Assembly: GCA_038231275.1 (NCBI GenBank)
Contig: JBBRLQ010000028.1
Coordinates: 1-64,000, forward strand
DNA: 64,000 bases
Source of the DNA: Polyangiales bacterium
Lineage (GTDB): Bacteria > Myxococcota_A > Polyangia > Polyangiales > Polyangiaceae
Reading direction: 5' to 3'
Position 1 is the first letter of the stretch. The number at the start of each line of letters is the position of its first letter. Below are positions 48,039 through 57,871 of the stretch, one piece after another. The position numbers and the translations under genes were made by a program. The notes beneath the pieces are model-generated. The model ran no database searches and had not been told where the DNA came from. It saw only the letters and a list, made by a program, of their open reading frames with translations.

Positions 48039-48050
48039 GAGGCGCGGGGA

Positions 48051-48914
48051 ATGCGTATTCCGTCGAAGCTCCGCGCGCTCGCCCAGAGCCGCCTCGCGCA
48101 GTTCTGCGTGATCGGTGCGGCCATCTTCGCGCTCGCGCCGCACGATCGCGGCCGCCGCGTCGACGTCCCGGGGGCGACCCTGGCCGCGCTCCGCTCCGCC
48201 GAGGCCCGCCGCGTCGAAGCGCCGCTCGACGATCCCAAAGCGCACGAGGTCGAGGCGCGCGCCATCGAGGACGAGATCCTCTACCGCGAGGCGCTCCGCA
48301 TGTCGCTCGACAAGGGAGATCCGCTGGTCCGGCAACGCCTCATCGAGAAGCTGCTGCTCCTCGTCGAGGACATGGGCGGGGCGTCGCGCGCGCCGACCGA
48401 CGCCGAGCTGCGGGCGTACTTCGAGGAGACGCGCGCCCAGTGGCGTCGCGCGTCGCGCGTGCATTTCGTCCACGTGTTCGCGGCACGAAAGGACGCGCTG
48501 CCACCGGAAGGCGTGCTCGACCCTGACGCGCGCGAGGCCCCGGCCGTCGGTGACGCGTTCCCCTACGCGCGCGACGTGACGGCGACGCGTGACGAGATCG
48601 GCCGCCTCTACGGGGCGGACGTGGCCGATCAGCTTGAGCGGCAAGACGGCGGGTGGAGCGCACCCGTGGCGTCATCCTTCGGGTGGCATCGCGTGCGCGT
48701 CGTCGAGAGGCTCCCCGGCGCGCCGGCGCGCTTCGAAGAGGTGAAGAAGGAGATGGAGCTCGACTTCATGCTCGCGCGTCGCGAGAAGGTGGTCGGTTCG
48801 TACCTTCGCCGCCTCGCCTCCGAGTACGACATCCGCATCGACGGCCACAAGCTCACGGGCTTCGTCCCTACGCGTCGCGTCGCGATGCGGGTCGACCCCT
48901 CGGCGGAGGACTGA
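48051..48914 (+). CDS. Parvulin-like peptidyl-prolyl isomerase (Rotamase_2 type)
   Basis: EDEILYREALRMSLDKGDPLVRQRL, PTDAELRAYF, WSAPVASSFGWHRVRV, FEEVK. Confidence 0.85.
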   Translation: MRIPSKLRALAQSRLAQFCVIGAAIFALAPHDRGRRVDVPGATLAALRSAEARRVEAPLDDPKAHEVEARAIEDEILYREALRMSLDKGDPLVRQRLIEKLLLLVEDMGGASRAPTDAELRAYFEETRAQWRRASRVHFVHVFAARKDALPPEGVLDPDAREAPAVGDAFPYARDVTATRDEIGRLYGADVADQLERQDGGWSAPVASSFGWHRVRVVERLPGAPARFEEVKKEMELDFMLARREKVVGSYLRRLASEYDIRIDGHKLTGFVPTRRVAMRVDPSAED

Positions 48915-48916
48915 CC

Positions 48917-49894
48917 GTGCGTGCCTACGTTCTGAACGCGCTCTTTTTCGTGATTGTCGTCTTCGTCGTGGCGCTGCCGCGTGCGGCGCACGCGCACGGG
49001 ATGAGCACTGCGTTCCTCGAGGTGACCGAGCTGGGGCAGGGTCGAGCGCTCCTTCGGCTCACGGCGTCGACGTCGACCTCGAGCCTGGCGATCGCGCCGC
49101 CGACCGGCTGCCGCGACGAGGAGCCCGACGGCGCCGGCGTCCGTTTCGTCGCGTGCGACGGCGACCTCGAAGGACGGAGCCTCGAAGTGAAGGGCATCGG
49201 CCCGCTCGTCAGCGAAGTGGTCCTGCAAGTGACGTTCGAAGGCGGCGCCGTCGTCACGCGCGTCCTGACCGCCGACGCGCCGTCGTGGACGATCCCGCGC
49301 GCGTCTCACCGGGGCGCGCTGCTCGCCGACTACGCGCGCCTCGGCGCGGTCCACATCTTCGGCGGCGTCGACCACCTCTTGTTCCTCGCCGCACTCGCGC
49401 TCTCCGTGCGAAAGGTCCGCGCCGTCCTCCTCGCCGAGACCGCCTTCACCGCGTCGCACTCGCTCACGTTCACGGCGAGCGCGCTCGGGTGGGTGCACGT
49501 CTCGTCCGTGGCGGCGGAGGCGTGCATCGCACTGTCGCTCGTCCTCGTGGCGCTCGACGCGGCGAAGGCGGCGGCCGACGGGGTGCTCGTCCCGGCGCGC
49601 CGCGCCGCCGGGCTCGCGTTCGCGTTCGGGCTCGTGCACGGGCTCGGCTTCGCGGGGGGCCTCGCCGAGATCGGCCTGCCCGATCGCGCGGTGGGCTGGG
49701 CGCTCCTGGGCTTCGCGGGCGGCGTCGAGGTCGGCCAGGTGATCTTCCTCGTCGTCTTCGTCGCCGCCCTCGCCGCCGTGACGCGCGTTCGCGCGCTCTC
49801 ACGTGCTCCGCTCGCCGTCGCCTACGCGGTCGGCGGCGCGGGGGCGTTCCTGGTGCTCGAGAGACTGTCGGTGTTCGTCGCTCTCTTTTCGTGA
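48917..49894 (+). CDS. HupE/UreJ-family membrane protein
   Basis: AHAH after signal; LGAVHIFGGVDHLLFL, AFTASHSLT, FGLVHGLGFAGGL, GVEVGQ. Confidence 0.9.
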   Translation: MRAYVLNALFFVIVVFVVALPRAAHAHGMSTAFLEVTELGQGRALLRLTASTSTSSLAIAPPTGCRDEEPDGAGVRFVACDGDLEGRSLEVKGIGPLVSEVVLQVTFEGGAVVTRVLTADAPSWTIPRASHRGALLADYARLGAVHIFGGVDHLLFLAALALSVRKVRAVLLAETAFTASHSLTFTASALGWVHVSSVAAEACIALSLVLVALDAAKAAADGVLVPARRAAGLAFAFGLVHGLGFAGGLAEIGLPDRAVGWALLGFAGGVEVGQVIFLVVFVAALAAVTRVRALSRAPLAVAYAVGGAGAFLVLERLSVFVALFS

Positions 49895-49903
49895 GGTGAT
49901 TCG

Positions 49904-51772
49904 ATGAAGCGCGTCCTTTTTTTCTTGCCCGTTCCCATGATGCTCGTCCACGCCGTCGCGTGCGGCAGCTCGAACGACACGTCCTCGCCGCCGGCCGATG
50001 GAGGGCCCGACGCGACGACCGACACCGCGCCGCCGCCGCCGCCGGACGACTCCGGACCGCCCCAGGACGCCGGGGCCGACGTCGCGCCCGTCGCGTGCCC
50101 CGATCGAAATCCCCTCAAAAATGCCTACTTCGGCGACCTCCACGCGCACACCGCGTACTCGCTCGACGCGTACAGCTTCGCGACGCGCAACACGCCGTTC
50201 GACGCGTACGCGTTCGCTCGCGGCAAGACGCTTCAAGTCGCCGGCGCCTCACCGGACGGCGGCGGCCCGACGACGACGATCGAGCGCCCCCTCGATTTTC
50301 TCGCCATCACCGATCACAGCGAGTGGCTCGCCGCCGCGTATGGCTGCGGCACCGATCTCGCCGGCACGCCGTTCGATCCGGCGAGCCCGTACGGCGCGAG
50401 CGCGACGTGCGACGAGGTCCGAGCCACCGACACGGCCACGCAAGCCAAGGTCTTCGCGACGATGGGCGTCATCACGCGCGATCTGTGCGACGGGGGCGCG
50501 TGCATCCCGGTCGTGCAATCGGCGTGGCAGAGCGAGCAGCAGGCGGCGGCGTCGGCGTACGTCCCGTGCAAGTTCACGAGCTTCGTCGCGCAGGAATGGA
50601 CGCGCGGCCTCGCCGGCGCCACGCTCCACAAGAACGTCATTTTCGGCACCGACAAGGTCCCGCCGCAGCCGCTCGACTCCGTCGCGTACCCTTCGCAGGC
50701 CGATCTCTGGAATGGCCTCGAGTCGCAGTGCCAAGAGGACGCGGGCTGCGCGGTGATCACGGTGCCGCACAACTCGAACTTGAGCCGCGGCAGCGCGTTC
50801 CTCATGGCGCCCGGCCTCGAAGCGCTCTCCGCGAAGTACCAGCGCCTCGTCGAGGTCTTCCAGCACAAGGGAGGCAGCGAGTGCTTCTGGGACCCGACGA
50901 CCGACGCGGGATCGCGCGAGCCGGAATGCAACTTCGAGTACCTCGGCGGCGTGACCGAGCCGAACAATCCGGCGAGCTACGTGCGGAGCGCCCTCTACCG
51001 CGGCATCCAGGACGGCGGCGTGAACCCGTTCATGTTCGGCTTCATCGGCTCGAGCGACGATCACAACGGCACGCCCGGCAACACGCGTGAGGACACCTGG
51101 CCCGGCCACGCGGGGCGCCTCGACGACGCGCCCGAGAAGCGCCTCAACCCGCCGGCTGCCGGCGGCCTCGGAGTACGCGCCGGCCACAACCCCGGGGGCC
51201 TCGCGGTCGCGTGGGCCGAGCAGAACACGCGCGAGAGCATCTTCGCCGCGCTTCGCCGGCGCGAGACGTACGCCACGAGCGGCACTCGCATCCTCGTCCG
51301 CTTCTTCCAGACGTGGAGCGCCGCCGACCCGTGCGCCGATCCGAGCTTCCCTGCGCAGCTCGTCGCCGCCGGCGCGTCGTCGATGGGCGGTACGTTCGGC
51401 CCGGCGCCCGCCGGCGCGAGCGGCGGCCCGCGCTTCGTCACGTACGCGTGGAAGGACAAGACCGATCTGGCGCGCATCGACGTCGTGAAGCTCTCCTACG
51501 ACGCCGCCGGCACGCCGCACGAGACCGTGGTGCACGACGTGATCCCCGCAGGCATGGGCGGCGCGCGCTGCTTCGTCTGGCAGGACCCTGCGTTTTCTCC
51601 GGGACCAACCGTGTACTATGCACGCGTCCTCGAAGACCCGACGCCGCGCTGGTCGATGGGCGATTGCGCCAAAGCGCCGGGCGTCGATCCGGTCGCCTGC
51701 GCCGATGGCGGTGCCCTGAACATCACGATTCAGGAGCGCGCCTGGACCTCGCCGATTTGGTTCGCCCCGTGA
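49904..51772 (+). CDS. DUF3604 lipoprotein (PHP-like metallohydrolase)
   Basis: Lipobox AVAC; YFGDLHAHTAYSLDA, LDFLAITDHSE, PHNSNLS, QHKGGSEC, GSSDDH, ETYATSG, IQERAWTSPIW. Confidence 0.9.
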   Translation: MKRVLFFLPVPMMLVHAVACGSSNDTSSPPADGGPDATTDTAPPPPPDDSGPPQDAGADVAPVACPDRNPLKNAYFGDLHAHTAYSLDAYSFATRNTPFDAYAFARGKTLQVAGASPDGGGPTTTIERPLDFLAITDHSEWLAAAYGCGTDLAGTPFDPASPYGASATCDEVRATDTATQAKVFATMGVITRDLCDGGACIPVVQSAWQSEQQAAASAYVPCKFTSFVAQEWTRGLAGATLHKNVIFGTDKVPPQPLDSVAYPSQADLWNGLESQCQEDAGCAVITVPHNSNLSRGSAFLMAPGLEALSAKYQRLVEVFQHKGGSECFWDPTTDAGSREPECNFEYLGGVTEPNNPASYVRSALYRGIQDGGVNPFMFGFIGSSDDHNGTPGNTREDTWPGHAGRLDDAPEKRLNPPAAGGLGVRAGHNPGGLAVAWAEQNTRESIFAALRRRETYATSGTRILVRFFQTWSAADPCADPSFPAQLVAAGASSMGGTFGPAPAGASGGPRFVTYAWKDKTDLARIDVVKLSYDAAGTPHETVVHDVIPAGMGGARCFVWQDPAFSPGPTVYYARVLEDPTPRWSMGDCAKAPGVDPVACADGGALNITIQERAWTSPIWFAP

Positions 51773-51779
51773 TCCTGGA

Positions 51780-52988
51780 TCACGCCGCCGCGTTTGCCGC
51801 GCGCGGGACGGCGAAGCGCCGGTAGACGACCATCGCCAGCGCGAAGGCCAGACCCAGCGCCGCGTAGATCGACCACACGAGCGTCGGCTGGCGCTCGCCG
51901 ACCTCCGGCAGGTACGCCGCGATGAGCCGCCCCGACGCCTGCCCGCCCACCCACGCGCCGATCGCGAACGGCACGAAGGCCAGCCCCATGTACATCCCCG
52001 CCTTGCCGCTCGGCGCGAAGCTCGCGAGGTAGTCGTAGAACCGCGGCGAGAAGCACATCTCCGAGAACGCGAAGATCGCCCCGCTCATGCAGGCGCCGAG
52101 CATCCCGGGCACGACGCCCATCACGAGCATCGACGCGCTTCCGAGCAGCATGCCGAGGATCATGCCGGTCACCGGGTGCAGCCCCCGCGTCGCGCGCAGC
52201 ACCACGCCCTGGAAGAGCGCGATCAGCGCAGGGTTGATGAGCGTGATGAGCTCCAGGGGCGCGCTCTTGTCGATGTGGCGCGTCACGTACTTCGGGAACG
52301 TCATGTAGAACTGCTCGGCCATGAAGTAGAAGCCCGCGAAGACGACGAGCGCCACCGCGAAGCGCGCGTTCTTGAGCGCCGTGCCATACCCCGCGAGCAG
52401 CTTCCCCATCGGCTCCGGCGTACTCTTCCCGCGCGTCGGCTCCTCGTACGCCGCCGCCGCGAGCCCGAGCGCGATCAAGCTGCCGACGACCGACGTGATG
52501 AGCACGTGCCGGATGGACACGATCACGCGCACGCCGTACGCGAGCGTCTTGCCGGTGACGCTGCCGGCGTTGATCATCCGGTAGAAGATCGCGAAGCCCT
52601 CGTCCTGCCGTCCCTCCGGCGACGTGCGCACGACGGTGCCCGTGATGACGGGCTTCATGAACCCGCCGGCGACGCCGATGCACATGAGCGCGATCGCCGC
52701 CGTCGCCGGGGCGGGGTAGAGGTAGAGCCCGCCGTACCCGATCGCGAAGAGCGAGAAGGCGATGAGCAGGCTCTTCTTGAAGTTGATGCGATCGGCGATC
52801 GCCCCGCACGGGATCGGCGCAAGCGCGCTGACGAGGCGAAAATTCCCGAGCAGCGAGCCGGTGTCCTTGTCGCCAAGGCCGACCACCTTCGACAGGTACA
52901 GGCTGAGGCCCACGTACATGCCGTAGAAGGCCAGGCGCTCGAAGAGCTCGATCGCGTTGGCGACGTAGAACGTTCGCGGGAACTTCAC
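51780..52988 (-). CDS. MFS transporter, POT/PTR peptide-transporter-like
   Basis: ELFERLAFYG (ExxERFxYYG-like), GGFMKP, GFAIFYRMINAGS, about 12 TMs. Confidence 0.88.
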   Translation of the reverse strand: MKFPRTFYVANAIELFERLAFYGMYVGLSLYLSKVVGLGDKDTGSLLGNFRLVSALAPIPCGAIADRINFKKSLLIAFSLFAIGYGGLYLYPAPATAAIALMCIGVAGGFMKPVITGTVVRTSPEGRQDEGFAIFYRMINAGSVTGKTLAYGVRVIVSIRHVLITSVVGSLIALGLAAAAYEEPTRGKSTPEPMGKLLAGYGTALKNARFAVALVVFAGFYFMAEQFYMTFPKYVTRHIDKSAPLELITLINPALIALFQGVVLRATRGLHPVTGMILGMLLGSASMLVMGVVPGMLGACMSGAIFAFSEMCFSPRFYDYLASFAPSGKAGMYMGLAFVPFAIGAWVGGQASGRLIAAYLPEVGERQPTLVWSIYAALGLAFALAMVVYRRFAVPRAANAAA

Positions 52989-53055
52989 GGGCGACCGAGT
53001 CTAGATCATCCCGCGGCACGATCGATTCGATCGCGCCCGCGCGTTCGGCGTTCGA

Positions 53056-53478
53056 CTACGCCGCGCGCCAGAAGACGCGATCGACGATCGCGTAGGAGAT
53101 CCCTCCGGCGCCGCGCGCGACGACGTGGACGACGTAGTCGCCGACCTTTGCGTGCTGCCCGACGTCGAGCAGCCACTGCGCCGCGCGCGTCCCGATCGCG
53201 AGGAGCCCCGCGCCGAACGGTTGCCGTTGCGAGACCGCCGCCCGCACTTCGAGGCCTCCGAGCTGGTGCACCGCCGCCTGCCGCAGCTCGATGCCTACAA
53301 TTACCCACACGTGCCCGCCCTCCGAGACGGTCACGGCGTCGCCGTTGCGCGTGACCCGAACGCGGCGATCCAGGAGGTTGCCGAGCGTCACCGCGGTGGG
53401 AAGCGCGTCCCGAAGCACGCGAAGATCGGAGATCTCGTCGCTCGAGGCGCCTTCGGCACGGGGCGGGGTCAATAGCAT
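53056..53478 (-). CDS. Hypothetical protein
   Basis: Best-looking ORF in the gap; globular-type composition, no recognised motif. Confidence 0.4.
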   Translation of the reverse strand: MLLTPPRAEGASSDEISDLRVLRDALPTAVTLGNLLDRRVRVTRNGDAVTVSEGGHVWVIVGIELRQAAVHQLGGLEVRAAVSQRQPFGAGLLAIGTRAAQWLLDVGQHAKVGDYVVHVVARGAGGISYAIVDRVFWRAA

Positions 53479-53725
53479 TTGCTTCTCTCGGCTCGTCCTT
53501 GGAACACGCGATCGCGTCGCGTACTTCCCTGGAACACGCCAGCTGCCCCCCGGGTTGGTTGACGAAAATCCGGCGCTCGACTATCCCGAGCGGCCCCAGC
53601 GGCCATCCGTTCTGCGGCCGACGGCCTCGACCTGGACGCTTTCCCAAAAAGCGCCTCAAAGAGCGCGGATTCCCCCAATAAATTCAAAACGTAAGCGTCG
53701 CGGGCCGTGACGCACGAGGTACGAC

Positions 53726-54142
53726 GTGTCCTTTGCCTTCCAAAAAGTAGAACCGAAGGGATCTCCGGGAGTCGCGCAGCCCGACGGCGCCAGCCCGCCG
53801 AGCGGAGGCAGCTCGGCCGGCGGCGGCCTGAGCATGCTCTTCCCGCTGCTCATCATGGTGCCCTTCCTCTTCTTGATGTTCCGGCGTCAGAAGAAGGAGC
53901 AAGCGGCGCGCTCCAGCTTGAAGAAGGGAGACACCGTCGTCTCGCAGAGCGGCCTCGTCGGCGAGCTCATGGAGATGGACGAGAAGCTCGCGAAGGTGAA
54001 GATCGCCCCCGGCACCACCGTCCGCATGCTCGTCACCTCGATCTCGCCCATGGTCACCGAGGCCGACAAGAAGGCCGCCGACGCCGCCAACAAAGACCTG
54101 AAAGACCTGAAGGACGCGAAGGTCGCTGCGGAGAAGAAATAG
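53726..54142 (+). CDS. yajC: Preprotein translocase subunit YajC
   Basis: TM then RRQKKE…SLKKGDTVVSQSGLVG; directly upstream of secD. Confidence 0.93.
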   Translation: MSFAFQKVEPKGSPGVAQPDGASPPSGGSSAGGGLSMLFPLLIMVPFLFLMFRRQKKEQAARSSLKKGDTVVSQSGLVGELMEMDEKLAKVKIAPGTTVRMLVTSISPMVTEADKKAADAANKDLKDLKDAKVAAEKK

Positions 54143-56200
54143 ATGCCTGCCTCGCGGCGCAACGCGCTCGTGCTCGCTCTGGGCGCGATCGTGTGCGGAT
54201 TCCTCTTTTACAAGGCCGACTCGTTCTGGGGCGTCATCACCTGCGGCCTCGTCAGCCTCTGGGCGGCCATCGGCGCGCTGCCCGTCATGGACGGCGGCTG
54301 GCGCTTCAAGACCGGCCTCGCCATGGTCACGCTCATCGGCGGCTCCATCATCTTGTGGCCCACCATCGAGTCGATGAGCGGCGGCCGCGCGAAGTGCCCG
54401 GCCTACTTCAAGGACAACATCAAGTTCGGCATCGTCAAAGGCCTGGATCTCCAGGGCGGTATGCGCCTCGTTTACACGGTGGAGGTCGAGGAGGCGATCC
54501 GCGACAAGCGTGACCGCTTCGCCGACGAGATGCGGCAAGAGCTCGCCATCTCGTACAAGTTCCACTCGGGCGACGGCGTCATCACGCGCGACGCCGCCAA
54601 CAAGCTAGAGGAGAAGGTCCACGTCTCCCTCCCGGAGTCGGCGGTCATCAAGGTCAAGTTCACCGACCCGGCCGACATCGCCAAGATCGACGATCGCTTC
54701 AACAAGAAGTTCGGCACCGAGATGGCGCAGCAGCGCTCGGCGACGCCCGGCGAGGTCTCGTTCAAGATCCGCGGCGAGGTCGAGACCCAGATCCGCGAGC
54801 GCGCCGTCGCGCAGGCGAAGGACACGGTCAGCAAGCGCGTCGACGAGATGGGCCTCCGCGAGGCGAGCGTCACGATCCGCGACGAGGACATCATCATCGA
54901 GGTCCCCGGTCAGGATCAGAAGGCGTTCGACGACATCAAGGAGATCATCCGCAAGACCGCCCGCCTCGAGTTCAAGATGGTGGACGACGAGGGCGCGGGG
55001 AAGTTCTTCAACATCCCCGAGAGCCAGGTGACCGCCGTCGAGAAGGAAGGCATCTCGATCTTTTTCGAGCAGGCTCCCAACGGCCCCGGAAAATCGGTCG
55101 AGAAGGCCTACTACGCCATCATCAACCGCCGAAACGACGACAAGGGAAACTTCACCGAGTCGCTCACCGACACGCTGAAGCGCTTCAAGGCGTGGACCGC
55201 CACGCTGAACGTGTCCGACGATCACCAGATCGGGTACGCGATCCGCACCGAGAATACGACCGACGACGTCACGGGCGCCGTCGAGACGAAAGAGGTCGGC
55301 TGGCGCACGTACTACCTCTTCTCGCGCGCCGAGGTGACGGGCGACTACATCACCGACGCCATGGTCTCCCAGGACACCAACCAAGGCATGGGCGGCTACT
55401 ACGTCGGCATCACGTTCAGCCCGGCCGGCGCCGATCGCTTCGAGGAGATCACCGGCGCGAACATCCAAAAGCGCTTCGCGATCATCTTGGACGACACGAT
55501 CGACTCGGCGCCCGTCATCAAGTCGAAGATCGCCGGCGGCCGCGCGAGCATCACGCTCGGCGCGGGCGATCCGGAGACGCAGCTCGCCAACGCACGGAAG
55601 CTCGAGCTCGTGCTCCGCTCCGGCGCGCTGCCTGCGCCGATCACGCCGTCGAACGAGTCGATGATCGGCCCGAGCCTCGGCAAGGACGCGATTCAGCAGG
55701 CCGTGAAGGGCATGCTCGTCGGCAGCTCGCTCGTCCTCGCGTTCATGATGTTCTACTACCGGAAGAGCGGGATCGTCGCGGACCTGGCGGTCCTCTTCAA
55801 CCTGTTCCTCCAGATGGCGATCCTCGCGTCGTTCTCGGCGACGATGACCGTCCCGGGAATCGCCGGCCTCGCGCTGACGCTCGGCATGAGCGTCGACGTG
55901 AACGTGCTCATCAACGAGCGCATTCGTGAGGAGCTCCGCGCCGGCCGCAGCATCCGCGCCGCCGTCGACGCCGGGTACGACAAGGCGTTCTCGTCGATCT
56001 TGGACGGCCACGTCACCGTCTTCATCTCGGGCCTCATCCTCGCGCAGTACGGCTCGGGCCCGGTCAAGGGCTTCGCAGTGACGCTGATCGTCGGCATCAT
56101 CTGCAGCCTCTTCACCGGTGTATTCTGCACACGCCTCGTCTTCGAGTGGTGGGTGCGTCACGCGAAGGTCAAGCGCCTCTCGGTCGGAGCGGAGTTTTAG
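54143..56200 (+). CDS. secD: Protein translocase subunit SecD
   Basis: GLDLQGG, RVDEMGLRE, IIIEVPG, LRSGALPAP, IGPSLG, GMSVDVNVLINERIREE. Confidence 0.97.
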   Translation: MPASRRNALVLALGAIVCGFLFYKADSFWGVITCGLVSLWAAIGALPVMDGGWRFKTGLAMVTLIGGSIILWPTIESMSGGRAKCPAYFKDNIKFGIVKGLDLQGGMRLVYTVEVEEAIRDKRDRFADEMRQELAISYKFHSGDGVITRDAANKLEEKVHVSLPESAVIKVKFTDPADIAKIDDRFNKKFGTEMAQQRSATPGEVSFKIRGEVETQIRERAVAQAKDTVSKRVDEMGLREASVTIRDEDIIIEVPGQDQKAFDDIKEIIRKTARLEFKMVDDEGAGKFFNIPESQVTAVEKEGISIFFEQAPNGPGKSVEKAYYAIINRRNDDKGNFTESLTDTLKRFKAWTATLNVSDDHQIGYAIRTENTTDDVTGAVETKEVGWRTYYLFSRAEVTGDYITDAMVSQDTNQGMGGYYVGITFSPAGADRFEEITGANIQKRFAIILDDTIDSAPVIKSKIAGGRASITLGAGDPETQLANARKLELVLRSGALPAPITPSNESMIGPSLGKDAIQQAVKGMLVGSSLVLAFMMFYYRKSGIVADLAVLFNLFLQMAILASFSATMTVPGIAGLALTLGMSVDVNVLINERIREELRAGRSIRAAVDAGYDKAFSSILDGHVTVFISGLILAQYGSGPVKGFAVTLIVGIICSLFTGVFCTRLVFEWWVRHAKVKRLSVGAEF

Positions 56201-56202
56201 TC

Positions 56203-57453
56203 ATGGAGTTGTTCAAGCCAGGTCGGCAGTTCGACTTCATGGCGCAGCGGTGGTTCTGGATCCCGCTGTCCCTCGCCCTCGTCGCCATCTCCACCGCGTT
56301 CTCGTTCTGGCCGGAGACGGTGTGGCCGTACGGCCCCAACTACGGGACCGACTTCCGCGGCGGGACCGAGATCGAGGTCGCGTTCGCCAAGCCCTTGAGC
56401 TTCGAGGGGCAAGAGGGAGCTGCCGCGCTCCGCCGCGCCGTCGAGGCGAGCGGGTTCTCGACGCCGGATGTCGTGCAGGTCGGCGACAACGCGAAGAACC
56501 AGTTCCTCGTCCGCGTGCAGGACGTCAGCGTCATCGCCGAGAGCGCGAAGGACTTGGTCAAGAAGGCGCTGTGCCTCACCACCGACTCCAAGGCGCCCGT
56601 GGGCGACGAGGCGGCGTGCCCGGTTCGCGCGCGCGCGACCGAGGTGAAGTTCAGCGCCGGCGGCGACAAGGTGGCGACGCGCTACGACTCCGATCCCGAT
56701 CTCGAGAAGGTGAAGGCGCAGCTCCAGTCGGTGCCCGGCGTCCGCCTGCGCGCCAGCCCCACCAACCCCCAGGTCACCAACCAGCGCGACCATCGCGTCG
56801 AGATCCAGCTCGAGAGCAAGGGCGACCAGCTCTTGAACTCGCTCCGCAGCAAGCTCGGCGACGCCGTCCCCGACCACGCGCTCCGCGTGGAGTGGGTCGG
56901 CCCCAAAGCGGGAAAGCAGCTCCGCGACAGCGCACGAAACTCGGTCGCCATCGCGATCGTCTTCATCATGCTCTACCTCGCGTTCCGCTTCGACCTGCGG
57001 TTCGCGCCCGGCGTCGTCATCGCGTGCATCCACGACGCGATGGTGGTCATCGGCATGTTCATCGTCCTCCACAAGGAGATCACGCTGAGCACCATCGCCG
57101 TCGTCCTCACGATCGTCGGCTATTCGATGAACGACACCGTCGTCATCTACGACCGAATCCGCGAGAACCTCGGCAAGCACCGCGGCAAGACGTTCGCGCA
57201 GATCATCAACATGAGCGTCAGCGAGACTCTCTCGCGCACCATCCTGACCTCAGGCGCGACGATGCTGTCGGTCCTCGCGTTCTTCATCTGGGGAACCGGC
57301 GTCATCAAGGACTTCGCGCTCGGCATGGTCATCGGCATCGTGGCCGGCACCTACTCGAGCATCTACGTGGCCGCGCCGCTCACCGAGTGGATCGACAAGA
57401 AGATGTCGAGGACGAGCGACGTGAAGAAGAGGCTCGAATCCCCAAAAGGCTGA
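56203..57453 (+). CDS. secF: Protein translocase subunit SecF
   Basis: GTDFRGGT, VGPKAG, HD, GYSMNDTVVIYDRIREN, GTYSSIYVA. Confidence 0.97.
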   Translation: MELFKPGRQFDFMAQRWFWIPLSLALVAISTAFSFWPETVWPYGPNYGTDFRGGTEIEVAFAKPLSFEGQEGAAALRRAVEASGFSTPDVVQVGDNAKNQFLVRVQDVSVIAESAKDLVKKALCLTTDSKAPVGDEAACPVRARATEVKFSAGGDKVATRYDSDPDLEKVKAQLQSVPGVRLRASPTNPQVTNQRDHRVEIQLESKGDQLLNSLRSKLGDAVPDHALRVEWVGPKAGKQLRDSARNSVAIAIVFIMLYLAFRFDLRFAPGVVIACIHDAMVVIGMFIVLHKEITLSTIAVVLTIVGYSMNDTVVIYDRIRENLGKHRGKTFAQIINMSVSETLSRTILTSGATMLSVLAFFIWGTGVIKDFALGMVIGIVAGTYSSIYVAAPLTEWIDKKMSRTSDVKKRLESPKG

Positions 57454-57555
57454 CGCCGCGCCTCGGCGCGGCACCCTGAGAGCCTCTCTGCTGCTTGCAC
57501 GTCGATCTCATCCGTTGTAGACCCCGGGCGCCCCGAAGGGGACTGGGGGTCTGCC

Positions 57556-57852
57556 ATGAGTATCCGTACGTCTGCCTCGCTGGTCGCGCTCGTTCTGCTC
57601 GGTGCCACCGCGTCGTTCGCGGCTACGCAGCGCCGCGTCGCGGGGATCATCACGCACGTCGAGGCGGCGAAGCTGTCCATCACGCCGATGCACGCCAAGA
57701 CCGCCGTGACGGGGCGCCTGGTGCCTGGCAGGACCGTGGTGCTCGTCGATGGCCACTCGGCGCAGATTGCAGACCTGAAGGTCGCGTGCGACGCGAAAGC
57801 GGAGCTCGGCCTCGACGACGCCTGGATCTCGGTACGCGCCGACTCGCAGTGA
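57556..57852 (+). CDS. Small secreted beta-rich (OB-fold-like) protein
   Basis: Signal peptide ending ASFA; GIITHV…T.V.VDG…IADLKV pattern. Confidence 0.6.
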   Translation: MSIRTSASLVALVLLGATASFAATQRRVAGIITHVEAAKLSITPMHAKTAVTGRLVPGRTVVLVDGHSAQIADLKVACDAKAELGLDDAWISVRADSQ

Positions 57853-57871
57853 TAACCTCCGACGCGGTGGG

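Noticed and set aside
53125..53475. Plus-strand 116-aa ORF opposite the hypothetical gene
   Set aside because: Arg/Pro-rich antisense-type composition; the minus-strand ORF is more plausible
53480..53725. AT-richer gap upstream of yajC as possible tRNA, ncRNA or integration site
   Set aside because: No cloverleaf, T-loop or att-like repeats; most simply divergent promoter DNA
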